NCBI GenBank assembly: GCA_964572155.1
Contig: CAZNDZ010000003.1
Location: 202,224-266,223 of the forward strand
Length of the DNA stretch: 64,000 bases
Reading direction: 5' to 3'
Source of the DNA: an uncultured Planctomycetales bacterium
GTDB taxonomy: Bacteria; Omnitrophota; Gorgyraeia; Zapsychrales; Fredricksoniimonadaceae
The notes under the pieces: model-generated
Databases searched by the model: none
What the model was told of the DNA's origin: nothing
Seen by the model: only the letters and a program-made list of their open reading frames with translations
Position numbers and translations under genes: made by a program
Shown here: positions 30,024 to 40,392 of the stretch, piece by piece
Layout: every line of letters starts with the position of its first letter
Position numbering within the stretch: the stretch's first letter is position 1

Positions 30024-31135
30024 TAACGGCTCTTTCTGCTTTGCATATCCATCCACACCGCCAACAATAAGATCATCCCTTTGATGATGTATTGATAGGT
30101 GATATTTGTATCCATCAAACTCATGCCATTGTCTAAACTAGCCATGATTAAAGCACCAACGACAGCTCCGGCAATTGTTCCTTCGCCGCCAAGTAAGCTA
30201 GTACCGCCAATAACACATGCCGCAATCACGTCGAGCTCCATGCCTTGACCTGCGGACGTTGTAGCAGCATTAAGACGAGCGGTCATGACCACACCTGCCA
30301 AACCAGTTAACACACCATACAACGCATACAAAAGAAAAACACGCTGCTTAATATTAATGCCAGACAACGCCGCCGCATCAGGATTTCCACCTAACGCAAA
30401 TAAATGGCGGCCAAATATAGTCTTCGTCGCTACAAAATGAAATAAGATGGCCAATAAGAATAATAAGAATACCGCATAGGGCAAACCACGGTGCATGATC
30501 ATAACGCCAAAAAATGCTAATAACACGGCGAGGATCCCTAAATGAATCGCCCCATCAACCACCAAAGGCTTTACTACAAAACCATGTTTAACCTGTTGTG
30601 TTCTTTTTAGAAAGAAATTTACGATAAAAACAATAGCAACTAAAATCCCAATGCCAATGCTAAACGGCGACGACATGTAACCTTGGCCAATGACTTTAAA
30701 ATCATTGATCAATGGCGCAATTGTAGCACCCTGGGTGATGCCTAACACCAACCCTCGAAATACCATCATACCAGCCAAGGTCACAATAAATGCTGGGACT
30801 CCCTGATACGCAATCCAAAAACCTTGCCATACCCCAATCAACAAACCTGCAGCTAACGCGGCCGCAATTGCTCCAGCGACGCCAGTATGCCCTGTCACTT
30901 GCATGTAGGCCGCCACCGCCCCTGTTAAGGCCACCCCTGATCCAACGGATAAATCAATATTGCGTGTGATGATAATGAGCGACATGCCAATGGCTAAAAT
31001 ACCCACGGTCGCCGTTTGTAAGAATAAATTAGACAAGTTGCGCGGGGATAAAAACACACCTTGCGTCAACCACGCAAAAATGCCCCAGATGATGAGTAAC
31101 GCCGCAAACATTGTATATTGACGCCATTGCCGCAT
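30023..31135 (-). CDS. sugar ABC transporter permease (XylH/RbsC-like)
   Basis: 370 aa, ~10 TM helices, BPD_transp_2-type; sits in a xylFGH-like arrangement. Confidence 0.75.
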   Translation of the reverse strand: MRQWRQYTMFAALLIIWGIFAWLTQGVFLSPRNLSNLFLQTATVGILAIGMSLIIITRNIDLSVGSGVALTGAVAAYMQVTGHTGVAGAIAAALAAGLLIGVWQGFWIAYQGVPAFIVTLAGMMVFRGLVLGITQGATIAPLINDFKVIGQGYMSSPFSIGIGILVAIVFIVNFFLKRTQQVKHGFVVKPLVVDGAIHLGILAVLLAFFGVMIMHRGLPYAVFLLFLLAILFHFVATKTIFGRHLFALGGNPDAAALSGINIKQRVFLLYALYGVLTGLAGVVMTARLNAATTSAGQGMELDVIAACVIGGTSLLGGEGTIAGAVVGALIMASLDNGMSLMDTNITYQYIIKGMILLLAVWMDMQSRKSR

Positions 31136-31144
31136 ATTGCTCCT

Positions 31145-32674
31145 TTATGAATGTCCTACCGCGTATGCCATGATTTTCTCTTGTGTCGCATCTTTAATCA
31201 ATAGATCACCGGTAATCTTTCCTTGGTTCATTACCATGATGCGGTCACACACCCCCAACAATTCATTCATTTCCGATGATATCACTAAAACTCCAACCCC
31301 TTGGGCTACCAATTGATTGATGATCTGATAAATCTCAATTTTAGCACCCACATCAATGCCGCGCGTTGGCTCATCTAGAATCAATACCTTAGGCTTGGTC
31401 ATCAGCCATTTGGCCAAGACCACCTTTTGCTGATTGCCGCCGCTTAATTGAATTGTTTTTTGTAAGATCGACGATGACTTGATGCGTAATTCTTTGGTGT
31501 ATTGCCCTGCAGCAACAATTTCTGACGCTTCATCCACAACACTATACTTAGCAATGCTCGCTAAACTCGCTAAAGAAACATTGCTTTGAATATGCTGTTC
31601 TAAGACAAGTCCATAACGTTTTCGATCTTCCGACGCTAAACTAATGCCAGCTTTGATGGTTGCAGCGGCATTTGTAACCTCGACAGACTTACCATTTAAG
31701 TCCATCGATCCCTTGATCCATTTTCCCCAAAGACCAAAGAAGCTCATGACAAGTTCTGTGCGGCCACATCCAACCAAACCCGCTAATCCTAAAACCTCGC
31801 CGCGACGTAATTGAAAATTGACATGATCAATGTGCTTGTTGGTTGTTTGATCATAAAGCGTCCAATCACGGACATCCCAAATGACTTCTTGGGGTGTGCG
31901 ATTTTCTTTTGGGTATAAATTTGCTAATGATCGACCAACCATCAAGGCAATCAAGCCTTCCTCATTTAAATCTGCTTTATTTTTAACGGCAACAGTTTTT
32001 CCGTCGCGCAAGACCGTGATGCGATCCGCAATTTCAAAGATTTCTTTTAAACGGTGCGATATGTAAATGCAAGTAACCCCTTGGGCTTTTAATTCTTTTA
32101 AGATATTTAGAAGCATATCCGCTTCTTTGCTAGATAAAGCCGCGGTTGGTTCGTCTAAGATTAAAATGCGCGCTTTTTTAAATAAAGCACGAGCAATGAC
32201 CACCATTTGCTGCTGACCAACCCCCAAATCCCCCACCTTCGTATTCAAATCTACATCAAGTCCAACTTGAGCTAACACACGTCGAGCTGTTCTAATATTT
32301 TCCGCCCAATTAATAACCCCATAGGAGGCTGCTTCTCGCCCCAAACATATATTCTCAAGCACACTTAAATTCTTTGCTAGGATCAATTCTTGATAAATAA
32401 TGGCAATGCCCGCATCTTCCGAAGATTTCGGATTATTAAATACAACAGGTTTACCATCAATGAGGATTTTTCCTTGAAAAGTTCCGGTAGGATAAACACC
32501 GCTTAAGATTTTCATGAGCGTCGACTTACCCGCTCCATTTTCACCAACTAAAGCATGAATCTCAGCGGGAAATATATCACATGAAACGCCATCTAGAGCT
32601 TTGATGCCAGCAAAATCTTTGACAATCTCCTGCATTTGTAGGACATAGTCGCAAGAAAAGAGGTCATTGGACAT
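31145..32674 (-). CDS. sugar ABC transporter ATP-binding protein with duplicated ATPase domains (XylG/RbsA-like)
   Basis: Two ABC domains (GENGAGKST…LSGGNQQKV); 509 aa. Confidence 0.85.
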   Translation of the reverse strand: MSNDLFSCDYVLQMQEIVKDFAGIKALDGVSCDIFPAEIHALVGENGAGKSTLMKILSGVYPTGTFQGKILIDGKPVVFNNPKSSEDAGIAIIYQELILAKNLSVLENICLGREAASYGVINWAENIRTARRVLAQVGLDVDLNTKVGDLGVGQQQMVVIARALFKKARILILDEPTAALSSKEADMLLNILKELKAQGVTCIYISHRLKEIFEIADRITVLRDGKTVAVKNKADLNEEGLIALMVGRSLANLYPKENRTPQEVIWDVRDWTLYDQTTNKHIDHVNFQLRRGEVLGLAGLVGCGRTELVMSFFGLWGKWIKGSMDLNGKSVEVTNAAATIKAGISLASEDRKRYGLVLEQHIQSNVSLASLASIAKYSVVDEASEIVAAGQYTKELRIKSSSILQKTIQLSGGNQQKVVLAKWLMTKPKVLILDEPTRGIDVGAKIEIYQIINQLVAQGVGVLVISSEMNELLGVCDRIMVMNQGKITGDLLIKDATQEKIMAYAVGHS

Positions 32675-33677
32675 CTTGTTTTTTCAAATACCCGCTATCA
32701 ATCAAGGTGGATGTTAGATTATTTTTATCGACGACAATAGGTGTTAACAAAATAGATGGCACATCCATACTCTTATTATTAACCGTAGATGTTGCCTTAG
32801 GATCTTCACCTTTAACCATCAAAACTGCCGCATCTAATGCTGCTGCCGCCAATGCACGGGTGTCTTTAAAAATGGTCATGCTTTGTGTACCCTTCATGAT
32901 ACGTTTAGCACCCGTCACCTCAGCATCTTGACCCGTGACAGGAACCTTACCACCAAGCCCTGCTTGTTCCAGCGCCGTGATGATGCCGCCTGCCGTATTG
33001 TCATTAGGAGCTAAAACGGCGTCGATTTTATTATTCGTCGCTGTAAGGGCATTTTGCATTAAATTCATTGCGGCCGCTGGCTGCCAATCGGCAATCCATT
33101 GGTCAGCGACAATTTGAACATCCCCACGGTCGACCAAAGGTTTAATCACACTCATTGCACCTTCACGAAATAACTTTGCATTATTATCCGTCGGTGCACC
33201 AGCAAAGATTGCATAGTTTCCTTTTGGCATCGCTTGCGTCAAATACTTACCCTGCAATACTCCGACACCATAGTTATCAAATGAAATGTACAAATCAACA
33301 GCGGTTCCCAAAACTAAGCGATCATATGAGATAACCTTAATCCCTGCTTGATGCGCTGAATCAACAATCCCCGACGCACTAGCCGCATCATGAGGTGCGA
33401 TTAACAAAATATCAATGCCTTGGGCTAAAAGGTTTTCACATTGAGACATTTGACGCGCCGCATCATTGTCGGAAATTTGCAACTTCAAATCAATATCATG
33501 AGCAGCAGCATAATCTTTCATGGTTTGCGCATCGCGCACCCAACGTTCGTCGCGCTGTGTCGGCAAAGAAACCCCGACCACAATTTTCTTCGCAAATGCC
33601 GGCGTATTTATAATGGTCAAACTTAAAGCTACCAAACATATAACACCAAAATACTTAAAAGCACGTTGTAATCCCAT
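32664..33677 (-). CDS. sugar ABC periplasmic binding protein (XylF/RbsB family)
   Basis: Signal peptide MGLQRAFKYFGVICLVALSLTIINTPAFA; periplasmic binding protein fold, LacI-type. Start moved from TTG to the ATG at 33677, which has a GGGGGAGG SD 6 nt upstream. Confidence 0.75.
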   Translation of the reverse strand: MGLQRAFKYFGVICLVALSLTIINTPAFAKKIVVGVSLPTQRDERWVRDAQTMKDYAAAHDIDLKLQISDNDAARQMSQCENLLAQGIDILLIAPHDAASASGIVDSAHQAGIKVISYDRLVLGTAVDLYISFDNYGVGVLQGKYLTQAMPKGNYAIFAGAPTDNNAKLFREGAMSVIKPLVDRGDVQIVADQWIADWQPAAAMNLMQNALTATNNKIDAVLAPNDNTAGGIITALEQAGLGGKVPVTGQDAEVTGAKRIMKGTQSMTIFKDTRALAAAALDAAVLMVKGEDPKATSTVNNKSMDVPSILLTPIVVDKNNLTSTLIDSGYLKKQDVQ

Positions 33678-33702
33678 CAATAACCTCCCCCTGCTTTTTA
33701 AA

Positions 33703-34071
33703 TCAACACACCAGATCAACTTGCCATTGATTATTCACCCAAAGCCCTGAAATTTCTAATTGTGTCCATTGCACCTTAAGACGCTTTACCGCATCGACAA
33801 TTTCTTCCTTATGCGTTGCTTCATTCACAGGATTACCACGGCAATCATAATGGCCTACAATAAATAGCTTTGTTGATTTATTTAAATTTACCGAAACATT
33901 GATACTGCGGATAATCTCATCAATATTTTCTTGTTTTGCCAAAACGCCATCCATCCCTGCTTCTGTGATCACATCGACAAAATCAATGGCGGCATGCTTC
34001 TTAATCCAATCCAACACTGGTAACTGAACACGACCATCCATGCAATTGAGTGTAGTTGCGCGTCTATCCAA
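33703..34071 (-). CDS. small hypothetical protein with a beta-carbonic-anhydrase-like Cys/Asp/Arg…His/Cys motif arrangement
   Basis: 122 aa. CMDGRV at residues 10-15 and HYDCRG at residues 74-79 resemble the β-CA zinc ligands CxDxR…HxxC. Too short for a canonical β-CA. Confidence 0.4.
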   Translation of the reverse strand: MDRRATTLNCMDGRVQLPVLDWIKKHAAIDFVDVITEAGMDGVLAKQENIDEIIRSINVSVNLNKSTKLFIVGHYDCRGNPVNEATHKEEIVDAVKRLKVQWTQLEISGLWVNNQWQVDLVC

Positions 34072-34128
34072 AATTTATCCCTTTCGTTAAAAATACCGCC
34101 ATAGTATAGCTTAAATCTGCCTAGATAC

Positions 34129-34163
34129 AAACAAAAACCCTCCAAGAAATTAATCTTGGAGGG
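34129..34163 (-). terminator. rho-independent terminator downstream of cspA
   Basis: On the minus strand: stem CCCTCCAAG, 8-nt loop, CTTGGAGGG, then TTTTTGT. Confidence 0.6.
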
Positions 34164-34199
34164 CTTTGTAGAGTTAAAAAACAGACGTACTAATACGAC

Positions 34200-34400
34200 T
34201 TATAATTTAACAACGTTTTGGGCTTGTTCGCCTTTTGGACCTTGTACGATCTCAAATTGGACGTCTTGGCCTTCTTTCAAGGATCTGTAACCGTCACCTT
34301 GAATCACGCTGTGATGAACGAAGACATCTTTTCCGTTTTCTGGGGTGATGAAACCAAAACCTTTTTGATCATTGAACCACTTTACTTTACCTTTAACCAT
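34200..34400 (-). CDS. cspA: cold-shock protein CspA family
   Basis: [18 protein letters not shown]…VFVHHSVI: the RNP1 and RNP2 motifs; 66 aa. Confidence 0.9.
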   Translation of the reverse strand: MVKGKVKWFNDQKGFGFITPENGKDVFVHHSVIQGDGYRSLKEGQDVQFEIVQGPKGEQAQNVVKL

Positions 34401-34456
34401 GAAACACTCTCCTTTAAAAATTAATACTTAACTTAAAGTAAGGTTGTGATCGACAT

Positions 34457-34498
34457 TAAAAAACCGCCTTGGGCAAGCATCTTGTCCATTGCGGTTTA
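34457..34498 (-). other. stem-loop in the cspA 5' leader; may also terminate the upstream gene
   Basis: aaaccgc…gcggttt inverted repeat with an internal ttgggcaag/cttgtccat pairing, followed on the minus strand by a T-run. A TTGACA -35-like hexamer sits at 34555-34560 on the minus strand. Confidence 0.35.
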
Positions 34499-34566
34499 AG
34501 ATCACTTTGAATCCCGTTACTTCTAACTAAGAGTATGTACTATTTTATTGTGTTTGTCAACAAAGA

Positions 34567-35133
34567 TTATATAATTCCAAACAACTTATGACGCACAGAC
34601 TCTAACCCGTCGACTTTAATGCGAAATAAGCTTGTTAAGCGACCTTCCGTATACTCTTCTTTTACCTCAAATGTGCCATAGATGGTCACCGGTTCTTCGA
34701 ACTGTTCGTCTTTTAATGTGAAGCCTTTAGGATCATTTGAGGTTGCAAGAACCCACTGATCAAAGCCCAACATTTGACAAAATAAACAAGAAACTAACTC
34801 ATCAGCAAATAAGAACGTTTTTACAGTATTGCCATCTAACTCTAAAGGAATCACATACCCCTTGATTGAAACCTTCTTACCATCGAGCAACTTGATATCG
34901 GCTGGTATGGGCATAGGGGTTTTTGCCCCTTTAAGAATGTTTCCATCTGGTAATTCAACATCCATGGGCGGCTTATAATGAAAAAATAAGCGACTAAAGG
35001 CGACAACCTCATAGGCAACATCACGCCTTTTAAGAACTTGTTTCGCGGCGCCTACCGATGGCTCTGCATGGATGACTGTCGTCAAACAAAACATGCAAAA
35101 CAGCGTTAATATTACGCCAAAGTTCTTTTTCAT
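34567..35133 (-). CDS. hypothetical secreted protein
   Basis: Signal peptide MKKNFGVILTLFCMFCLTTVIHA; no family recognised. Confidence 0.5.
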   Translation of the reverse strand: MKKNFGVILTLFCMFCLTTVIHAEPSVGAAKQVLKRRDVAYEVVAFSRLFFHYKPPMDVELPDGNILKGAKTPMPIPADIKLLDGKKVSIKGYVIPLELDGNTVKTFLFADELVSCLFCQMLGFDQWVLATSNDPKGFTLKDEQFEEPVTIYGTFEVKEEYTEGRLTSLFRIKVDGLESVRHKLFGII

Positions 35134-35134
35134 A

Positions 35135-35581
35135 TTATTTCGTGACGGTCTGTGACAATGCTGCTTTCATGGAATTGCTTTCATTTTGAATAAGATTCTT
35201 TAAGACATTTCCAAACTCTTCAATCTTTGTCTTCGCTTGTGGCATTTGATTGGGATCAATTGCTGCTGTACTCCATTTTTGGGCGGTTAGGCCTTTAATC
35301 TTATCTAAAATCCCCGTCACCTTCCCTGCTGCAGCAGGATCATTGCTCACAACTAAAGCTTGGCTCAATAAAGGAAGCGCTGCTTCAACAAATTGAAGCT
35401 TGCCTTGGGTTAAAGGCATTTGAGCAAAAATGGCTGCAATTTTCTGCGCTCTAGTGATTGATCCCTGTAATTGAGCTACGGCTGGATTATTCTTTAAGCT
35501 GCTTAAAATATTCCCAAACTGAGCATGCGCAGCGACGGGTATACAAAGCAACATAACAATCATAACGATGACTTTTTTCAT
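35135..35581 (-). CDS. hypothetical secreted protein
   Basis: Signal peptide MKKVIVMIVMLLCIPVAAHA; helical. Confidence 0.5.
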   Translation of the reverse strand: MKKVIVMIVMLLCIPVAAHAQFGNILSSLKNNPAVAQLQGSITRAQKIAAIFAQMPLTQGKLQFVEAALPLLSQALVVSNDPAAAGKVTGILDKIKGLTAQKWSTAAIDPNQMPQAKTKIEEFGNVLKNLIQNESNSMKAALSQTVTK

Positions 35582-35685
35582 GTGTGTTTCCTTCTAAGTG
35601 TTGTGGTGATTAATAAATTTGAAAGGTAATTTAACACAAATAACTCTTTTTAGCCAAAAGCATTTTTTTATCGTAAAATAAAGAC

Positions 35686-36927
35686 ATGGAAATCCTATCA
35701 TTAGCTGCATTAATGGCTGTCATCGCCTTAAGTTGTTTCACAAAGATTAACCCTGGGTTGTTTGCCATTGGCTTGGCGTGGATGCTAGGCACTTGGGGCG
35801 CACATATGCCACTAAGCCAGATCATTGGCGGATTCCCGACGTATTTGTTAATCATGCTCGTTGGCGTGACCTACCTGTTTGCCATGGCTAAGCATAATGG
35901 CACATTAGAAAAACTAACCCACATGTCTTTACATTTCTTTAGACAACGCCCCATGCAACTACCGCTCATGGTCTTTTTACTTGCTTTAATCCTGTCGACC
36001 ATTGGGGCTGGTAATATTGCAACCGTTGCCTTACTTGCCCCCATTGCCATGGCCATTGCTTGGGAAACAGGCATTGGCGGTTTCTTTATGACGATCATTT
36101 TAATTTGCGGTGCGAATGCAGGCACCTTCTCACCCATGGCTTTAACGGGTGTCATTGCAAATGGCTTGATCAAAAAGATTGGTCTTAACCTCGATCCTTG
36201 GTCAGCGGTATACTTACCAAATTTAATCGCACAAAGTTTCTTGGCCTTGTTGTGCTATGCATTTTTCTATTGGCGCATTAAGAATCATCGTAAGCACGCA
36301 CACCCAGCTGAAGGTTTAAATCTACCACTAACTCCGACGTGGAATAATGCTCAAATTATCACATTGGGTGCCATTGTCAGCTTGTTTATTGGCAGCATTG
36401 TATTTAAAATTGATATTGGATTTTTATCGCTCATCTTAGCAAGCTTATTGGCTTTGTTTAATCTAGGTGAAAGCAAAGAAGCCATCAAGATGATCCCGTG
36501 GAACACCATCCTCATGGTCTGCGGAGTCAATACCCTCATCGGTATCTTAGAAAACGTCGGTGGATTAAGCCTTCTAAGCGACTTGCTTGCACGGGTGTCA
36601 AATCCCACGAACGTAACCGCTGTCACAGCATTTATCACAGGTATTATTTCGGCGTTTTCAAGCTCTTCAGGTGTTGTTATGCCAACATTTATACCCTTGG
36701 TGCCTGAATTTCTTGAAAAAATTGGCAGCAACAATCTTGTTGGGGTGATTTCTTCAATCAATGTCGGGGCACACTTGGTTGACATTAGCCCCTTGTCGTC
36801 GCTAGGTGCTTTATGTGTGGCTAGCGCCCTTCACGAAGACAAAGATAAATTATTCCGCCAACTCTTGGTCTTTGGATTATTCATGTCCTTCGCTGGGGCC
36901 ATCATTTGTTTTGTATTATTTCGGTAG
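35686..36927 (+). CDS. polytopic membrane permease of the ion-transporter superfamily (ArsB/NhaD/GntP-like)
   Basis: 413 aa, ~12 hydrophobic segments, internally duplicated in appearance. The specific family is not assigned. Confidence 0.5.
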   Translation: MEILSLAALMAVIALSCFTKINPGLFAIGLAWMLGTWGAHMPLSQIIGGFPTYLLIMLVGVTYLFAMAKHNGTLEKLTHMSLHFFRQRPMQLPLMVFLLALILSTIGAGNIATVALLAPIAMAIAWETGIGGFFMTIILICGANAGTFSPMALTGVIANGLIKKIGLNLDPWSAVYLPNLIAQSFLALLCYAFFYWRIKNHRKHAHPAEGLNLPLTPTWNNAQIITLGAIVSLFIGSIVFKIDIGFLSLILASLLALFNLGESKEAIKMIPWNTILMVCGVNTLIGILENVGGLSLLSDLLARVSNPTNVTAVTAFITGIISAFSSSSGVVMPTFIPLVPEFLEKIGSNNLVGVISSINVGAHLVDISPLSSLGALCVASALHEDKDKLFRQLLVFGLFMSFAGAIICFVLFR

Positions 36928-38826
36928 TTCTTCTTCGGGCTTCGATGCTTCTAGATATTCCCATCGCTCGTAGGCTTTGAGCAGTTGGTTGGAAACCTCT
37001 TCGGCGCGACTTTGTGTTTTAGCGACTTCTTTAGGGTCTTTTTGATAAAAAGCAACGTCGGCTAATGTGGTAAATAGTTTTTCTTGTTCAGTTTCTAGAT
37101 TTTCTATCTCAAGCGGCAATTTTTCTAACTCGGCTTGTTCTTTAAAAGAGAGTTTTCGGGTGGCAATGGGCTTATCTAATTTTGTTGCGATCTTGTTTTC
37201 TTTTGTTTTCGCCAACACCGACTGAGTTATGACTTTGCGTTGCTCTAGCCAATCATCATAACCACCTGGAAACTCATAAATCTCGCCTTTGCCTTCTAAA
37301 ACGATCGTCGATGTGACCACATTATTTAAAAATGCACGGTCATGGCTCACCAAAATTAGTGTGCCAGAATATTCCATCAATAATTCTTCTAATAGCTCTT
37401 GGGTTTCAATGTCCAGATCATTGGTTGGCTCGTCCATGATTAAGAAATTTGACGGCTTGGTAAATAACCGCGCTAAAAATAGACGGTTGCGTTCCCCGCC
37501 TGATAAAACCTTAACTGGGGTGCGTGCACGATCCGGCGTAAATAAGAAATCTTCCAAATAACCAATGATGTGACGTGGGCGACCATTGATCGTCACCGTG
37601 TCTGAACCCATGGCCACATTTTCAATCACGGTTTTTTCTTCATCTAATTGTTCACGCAATTGATCAGAATACGCAACTTCTAAATTCGTCCCTAAACGCA
37701 CCTTACCTTTTTGAGGTTCTAATTTCCCAAGTAAGATTTGCAATAAGGTTGTCTTACCTGAACCATTGGCGCCAATGACACCAATCTTATCGCCACGCAT
37801 GATCTGCGTCGAAAAATCCTTGATGATGCAATTATCGCCATAACTAAAACCTAAATGTGCGGCCTTGATGACCAAGTGCCCAGAGGATTCTGATTCTTGC
37901 GCCACAATGCGCGCTTGACCGACTTGTTGACGCTGGGCTTTCTTTGCTTCACGCATGCGCTCTAAGGCTTTCACTCGACCTTCATTACGAGTCCGACGGG
38001 CTTTGACCCCTTTACGTATCCAAACTTCTTCTTCAGCCAAACGTTTGTCAAAAACTGCTCGCTCAGCGGTTTCCATCTCGAGTGCCATGCGCTTACGTTC
38101 TAAAAATGTTTGATAATCACACGACCAGCTAAATATCTTGCCACGATCGAGCTCTACAATGCGCGTCGCTAAATGTGTCATGAACATGCGGTCATGGGTA
38201 ACGAAAAATAATGTACCTGGATAATTTTTTAAGAAACCTTCCAGCCAATTGATTGTATCGATGTCCAAATGGTTGGTTGGCTCGTCTAATAATAAGATTT
38301 CTGGTTTGATGACCAAGGCCTTGGCCAATAAAGCACGGCGTTTTTGTCCGCCAGAGAGTGTCTCGAATTCTGCTTCACCGTCTAATTTCATTTGGGTTAA
38401 GACATATTCAACTTCGGCATCCAAATCCCACCCGCCGGTGTTATTTAATTGTTCTTGCAAGCGATCTAATTCTCGCATGAGTTCAGGGGTATGCTCGGTA
38501 TGCAAACGATGGGTTACGTGGTGATAGTCACTTAAAACTTTCGCACGTTCACCTAAACCTGAAAAAACCAGATCAAAGACCGTACCGGTAATATCTTTGG
38601 GAACCTCTTGAGGCAAATGGGTTACTTTAATGCCTTTTTGATAAATGATCTCACCGCGGTCAATCTCGACTTGGCCTGCCATGGTTTTCATGAGTGTCGT
38701 CTTGCCAACACCATTACGTCCAAGCAAAGCCACGCGTTCACCGGGTTCTAATTGCAAGCTTAAGCCCTCAAAAATGCTGGGGCCGCCAAAAGCTAATGTG
38801 ATTTCTTGTATGCTAATCAGTGCCAT
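36916..38826 (-). CDS. ABC-F family ATPase (Uup/EttA-like)
   Basis: Two ABC cassettes separated by a linker, a C-terminal coiled coil and no TM domain; 636 aa. Confidence 0.85.
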   Translation of the reverse strand: MALISIQEITLAFGGPSIFEGLSLQLEPGERVALLGRNGVGKTTLMKTMAGQVEIDRGEIIYQKGIKVTHLPQEVPKDITGTVFDLVFSGLGERAKVLSDYHHVTHRLHTEHTPELMRELDRLQEQLNNTGGWDLDAEVEYVLTQMKLDGEAEFETLSGGQKRRALLAKALVIKPEILLLDEPTNHLDIDTINWLEGFLKNYPGTLFFVTHDRMFMTHLATRIVELDRGKIFSWSCDYQTFLERKRMALEMETAERAVFDKRLAEEEVWIRKGVKARRTRNEGRVKALERMREAKKAQRQQVGQARIVAQESESSGHLVIKAAHLGFSYGDNCIIKDFSTQIMRGDKIGVIGANGSGKTTLLQILLGKLEPQKGKVRLGTNLEVAYSDQLREQLDEEKTVIENVAMGSDTVTINGRPRHIIGYLEDFLFTPDRARTPVKVLSGGERNRLFLARLFTKPSNFLIMDEPTNDLDIETQELLEELLMEYSGTLILVSHDRAFLNNVVTSTIVLEGKGEIYEFPGGYDDWLEQRKVITQSVLAKTKENKIATKLDKPIATRKLSFKEQAELEKLPLEIENLETEQEKLFTTLADVAFYQKDPKEVAKTQSRAEEVSNQLLKAYERWEYLEASKPEEELPK

Positions 38827-38934
38827 AAGAGACAGAAGTGTACTACAATCTGCCGTCCATAGCTAGCGCTCTTTATTTTTGCGTGTTTTTAAGGTTATTG
38901 TTTCTTTATAAGATAATTTTGTTAGAATCAAACC

Positions 38935-40389
38935 ATGATTTCAATCGAAGTAATCCTCCTTATCATTGCTGGTCTTTTATTGCTTAGCGTCATTGCAAGT
39001 AAGATTTCTGATCGCTTTGGTGTTCCTGTCCTTATCCTCTTCTTAAGCATTGGCATGTTAGCTGGTTCCGAAGGATTTGGCGGTATTTATTACAATGACC
39101 CATGGCTTACCAAAACGTTGGGAACAATCGCCTTAGCATTTATTCTGTTTTCAGGTGGACTAGACACGGACAAAGAAGATGTGCGTCACGTTTTCTGGAG
39201 CGGTTTGAGCTTATCAACGATTGGTGTATTGTTAACCGCTTTATCTGTTGGTCTTTTTGCGACCTACATCTTAAATTTCTCCCTCATGGAAGGCTTATTA
39301 CTGGGCGCCATTGTTTCCTCGACGGACGCGGCAGCTGTTTTTAATGTGCTGCGTTCAAGCAAGATTGGATTAAAAGGTCGTTTAAAACCGCTCTTAGAAT
39401 TCGAATCCGGTAGTAACGACCCCATGGCAGTTTTCTTAACCATTGGGTTGATCAGTTTGCTTAAAAATCCTCAAATGTCCGCGACTCATTTGATCCCTGA
39501 CTTCTTTTTGGATATGGGCATTGGTGCGGTGACCGCTTTTGTCTTAAGTCATATATCAATTTTTTTGATTAACCGTCTAAGACTGACCCAAGAAGGACTT
39601 TATCCTGCGCTCATGATTGCGCTCATCATCTTCATCTATGCAGCCACAACCTTTTTTAAAGGTAACGGGTTCCTTGCGGTTTATATTGCTGGCATACAAA
39701 TTGGCAACGCCAACTTAATCCATAAAAAAGCCATCAAAAACTTCTGTGATGGCACCGCATGGCTTATGCAAATTGTCATGTTCTTAACCCTAGGGTTGCT
39801 TGTTTTCCCATCGCACATTTTACCTATCATTGGCGCTGGATTATTAATATCATTATTTTTAATCTTCATTGCACGGCCATTGAGCGTCTACGTCGCCCTC
39901 TTCTTCTCAAAAATGCCAATGCATGAAAAAGGATTGGTATCTTGGGTGGGTTTACGCGGCGCTGTACCGATTATCTTAGCTACATTTCCCTTATTGGCTG
40001 GCGTTCCTAAAGCCAACATGATTTTTAACATCGTCTTCTTTATTGTCATCACGTCCGTTTTATTCCAAGGCACAGCATTGCCCCTCGTTGCACGATTGCT
40101 GCGCGTTGATTCTCCGATACCCAATAAACGCGGTCGCCCCATCGAATTGGGTGATGCGCAAGCCATCAACGCAAATCTTGAAGATTTGATTGTGCCATAT
40201 AATTCCAAAGTCGTTGGCAAGCGACTATTTGAACTGGGCGTTCCCAAAGGCAGTTTGATTGCGCTCATTTGCCGTGATGAACAGTATTTTATCCCTAATG
40301 GATCGACGGTATTACATGAAGGTGATGTGTTGCAGGTATTGGCAAGTACTGAAGATCTTCAGAAACTTCAAAGAATCTTAACTGCTTAA
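38935..40389 (+). CDS. K+/H+ (Na+/H+) antiporter, NhaP2/CPA1 type with a C-terminal TrkA-C domain
   Basis: N-terminal cation/H+ exchanger membrane domain plus a cytoplasmic TrkA_C-like tail (…VLHEGDVLQVLAS…). Confidence 0.8.
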   Translation: MISIEVILLIIAGLLLLSVIASKISDRFGVPVLILFLSIGMLAGSEGFGGIYYNDPWLTKTLGTIALAFILFSGGLDTDKEDVRHVFWSGLSLSTIGVLLTALSVGLFATYILNFSLMEGLLLGAIVSSTDAAAVFNVLRSSKIGLKGRLKPLLEFESGSNDPMAVFLTIGLISLLKNPQMSATHLIPDFFLDMGIGAVTAFVLSHISIFLINRLRLTQEGLYPALMIALIIFIYAATTFFKGNGFLAVYIAGIQIGNANLIHKKAIKNFCDGTAWLMQIVMFLTLGLLVFPSHILPIIGAGLLISLFLIFIARPLSVYVALFFSKMPMHEKGLVSWVGLRGAVPIILATFPLLAGVPKANMIFNIVFFIVITSVLFQGTALPLVARLLRVDSPIPNKRGRPIELGDAQAINANLEDLIVPYNSKVVGKRLFELGVPKGSLIALICRDEQYFIPNGSTVLHEGDVLQVLASTEDLQKLQRILTA

Positions 40390-40392
40390 GAC

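Noticed and set aside
35582-35685. Divergent intergenic regions 35582..35685 and 38827..38934 as possible sRNA or regulatory elements
   Set aside because: They are AT-rich and plausibly just divergent promoters. I could not identify convincing -35/-10 pairs or conserved structures by eye, so they are not reported as features.
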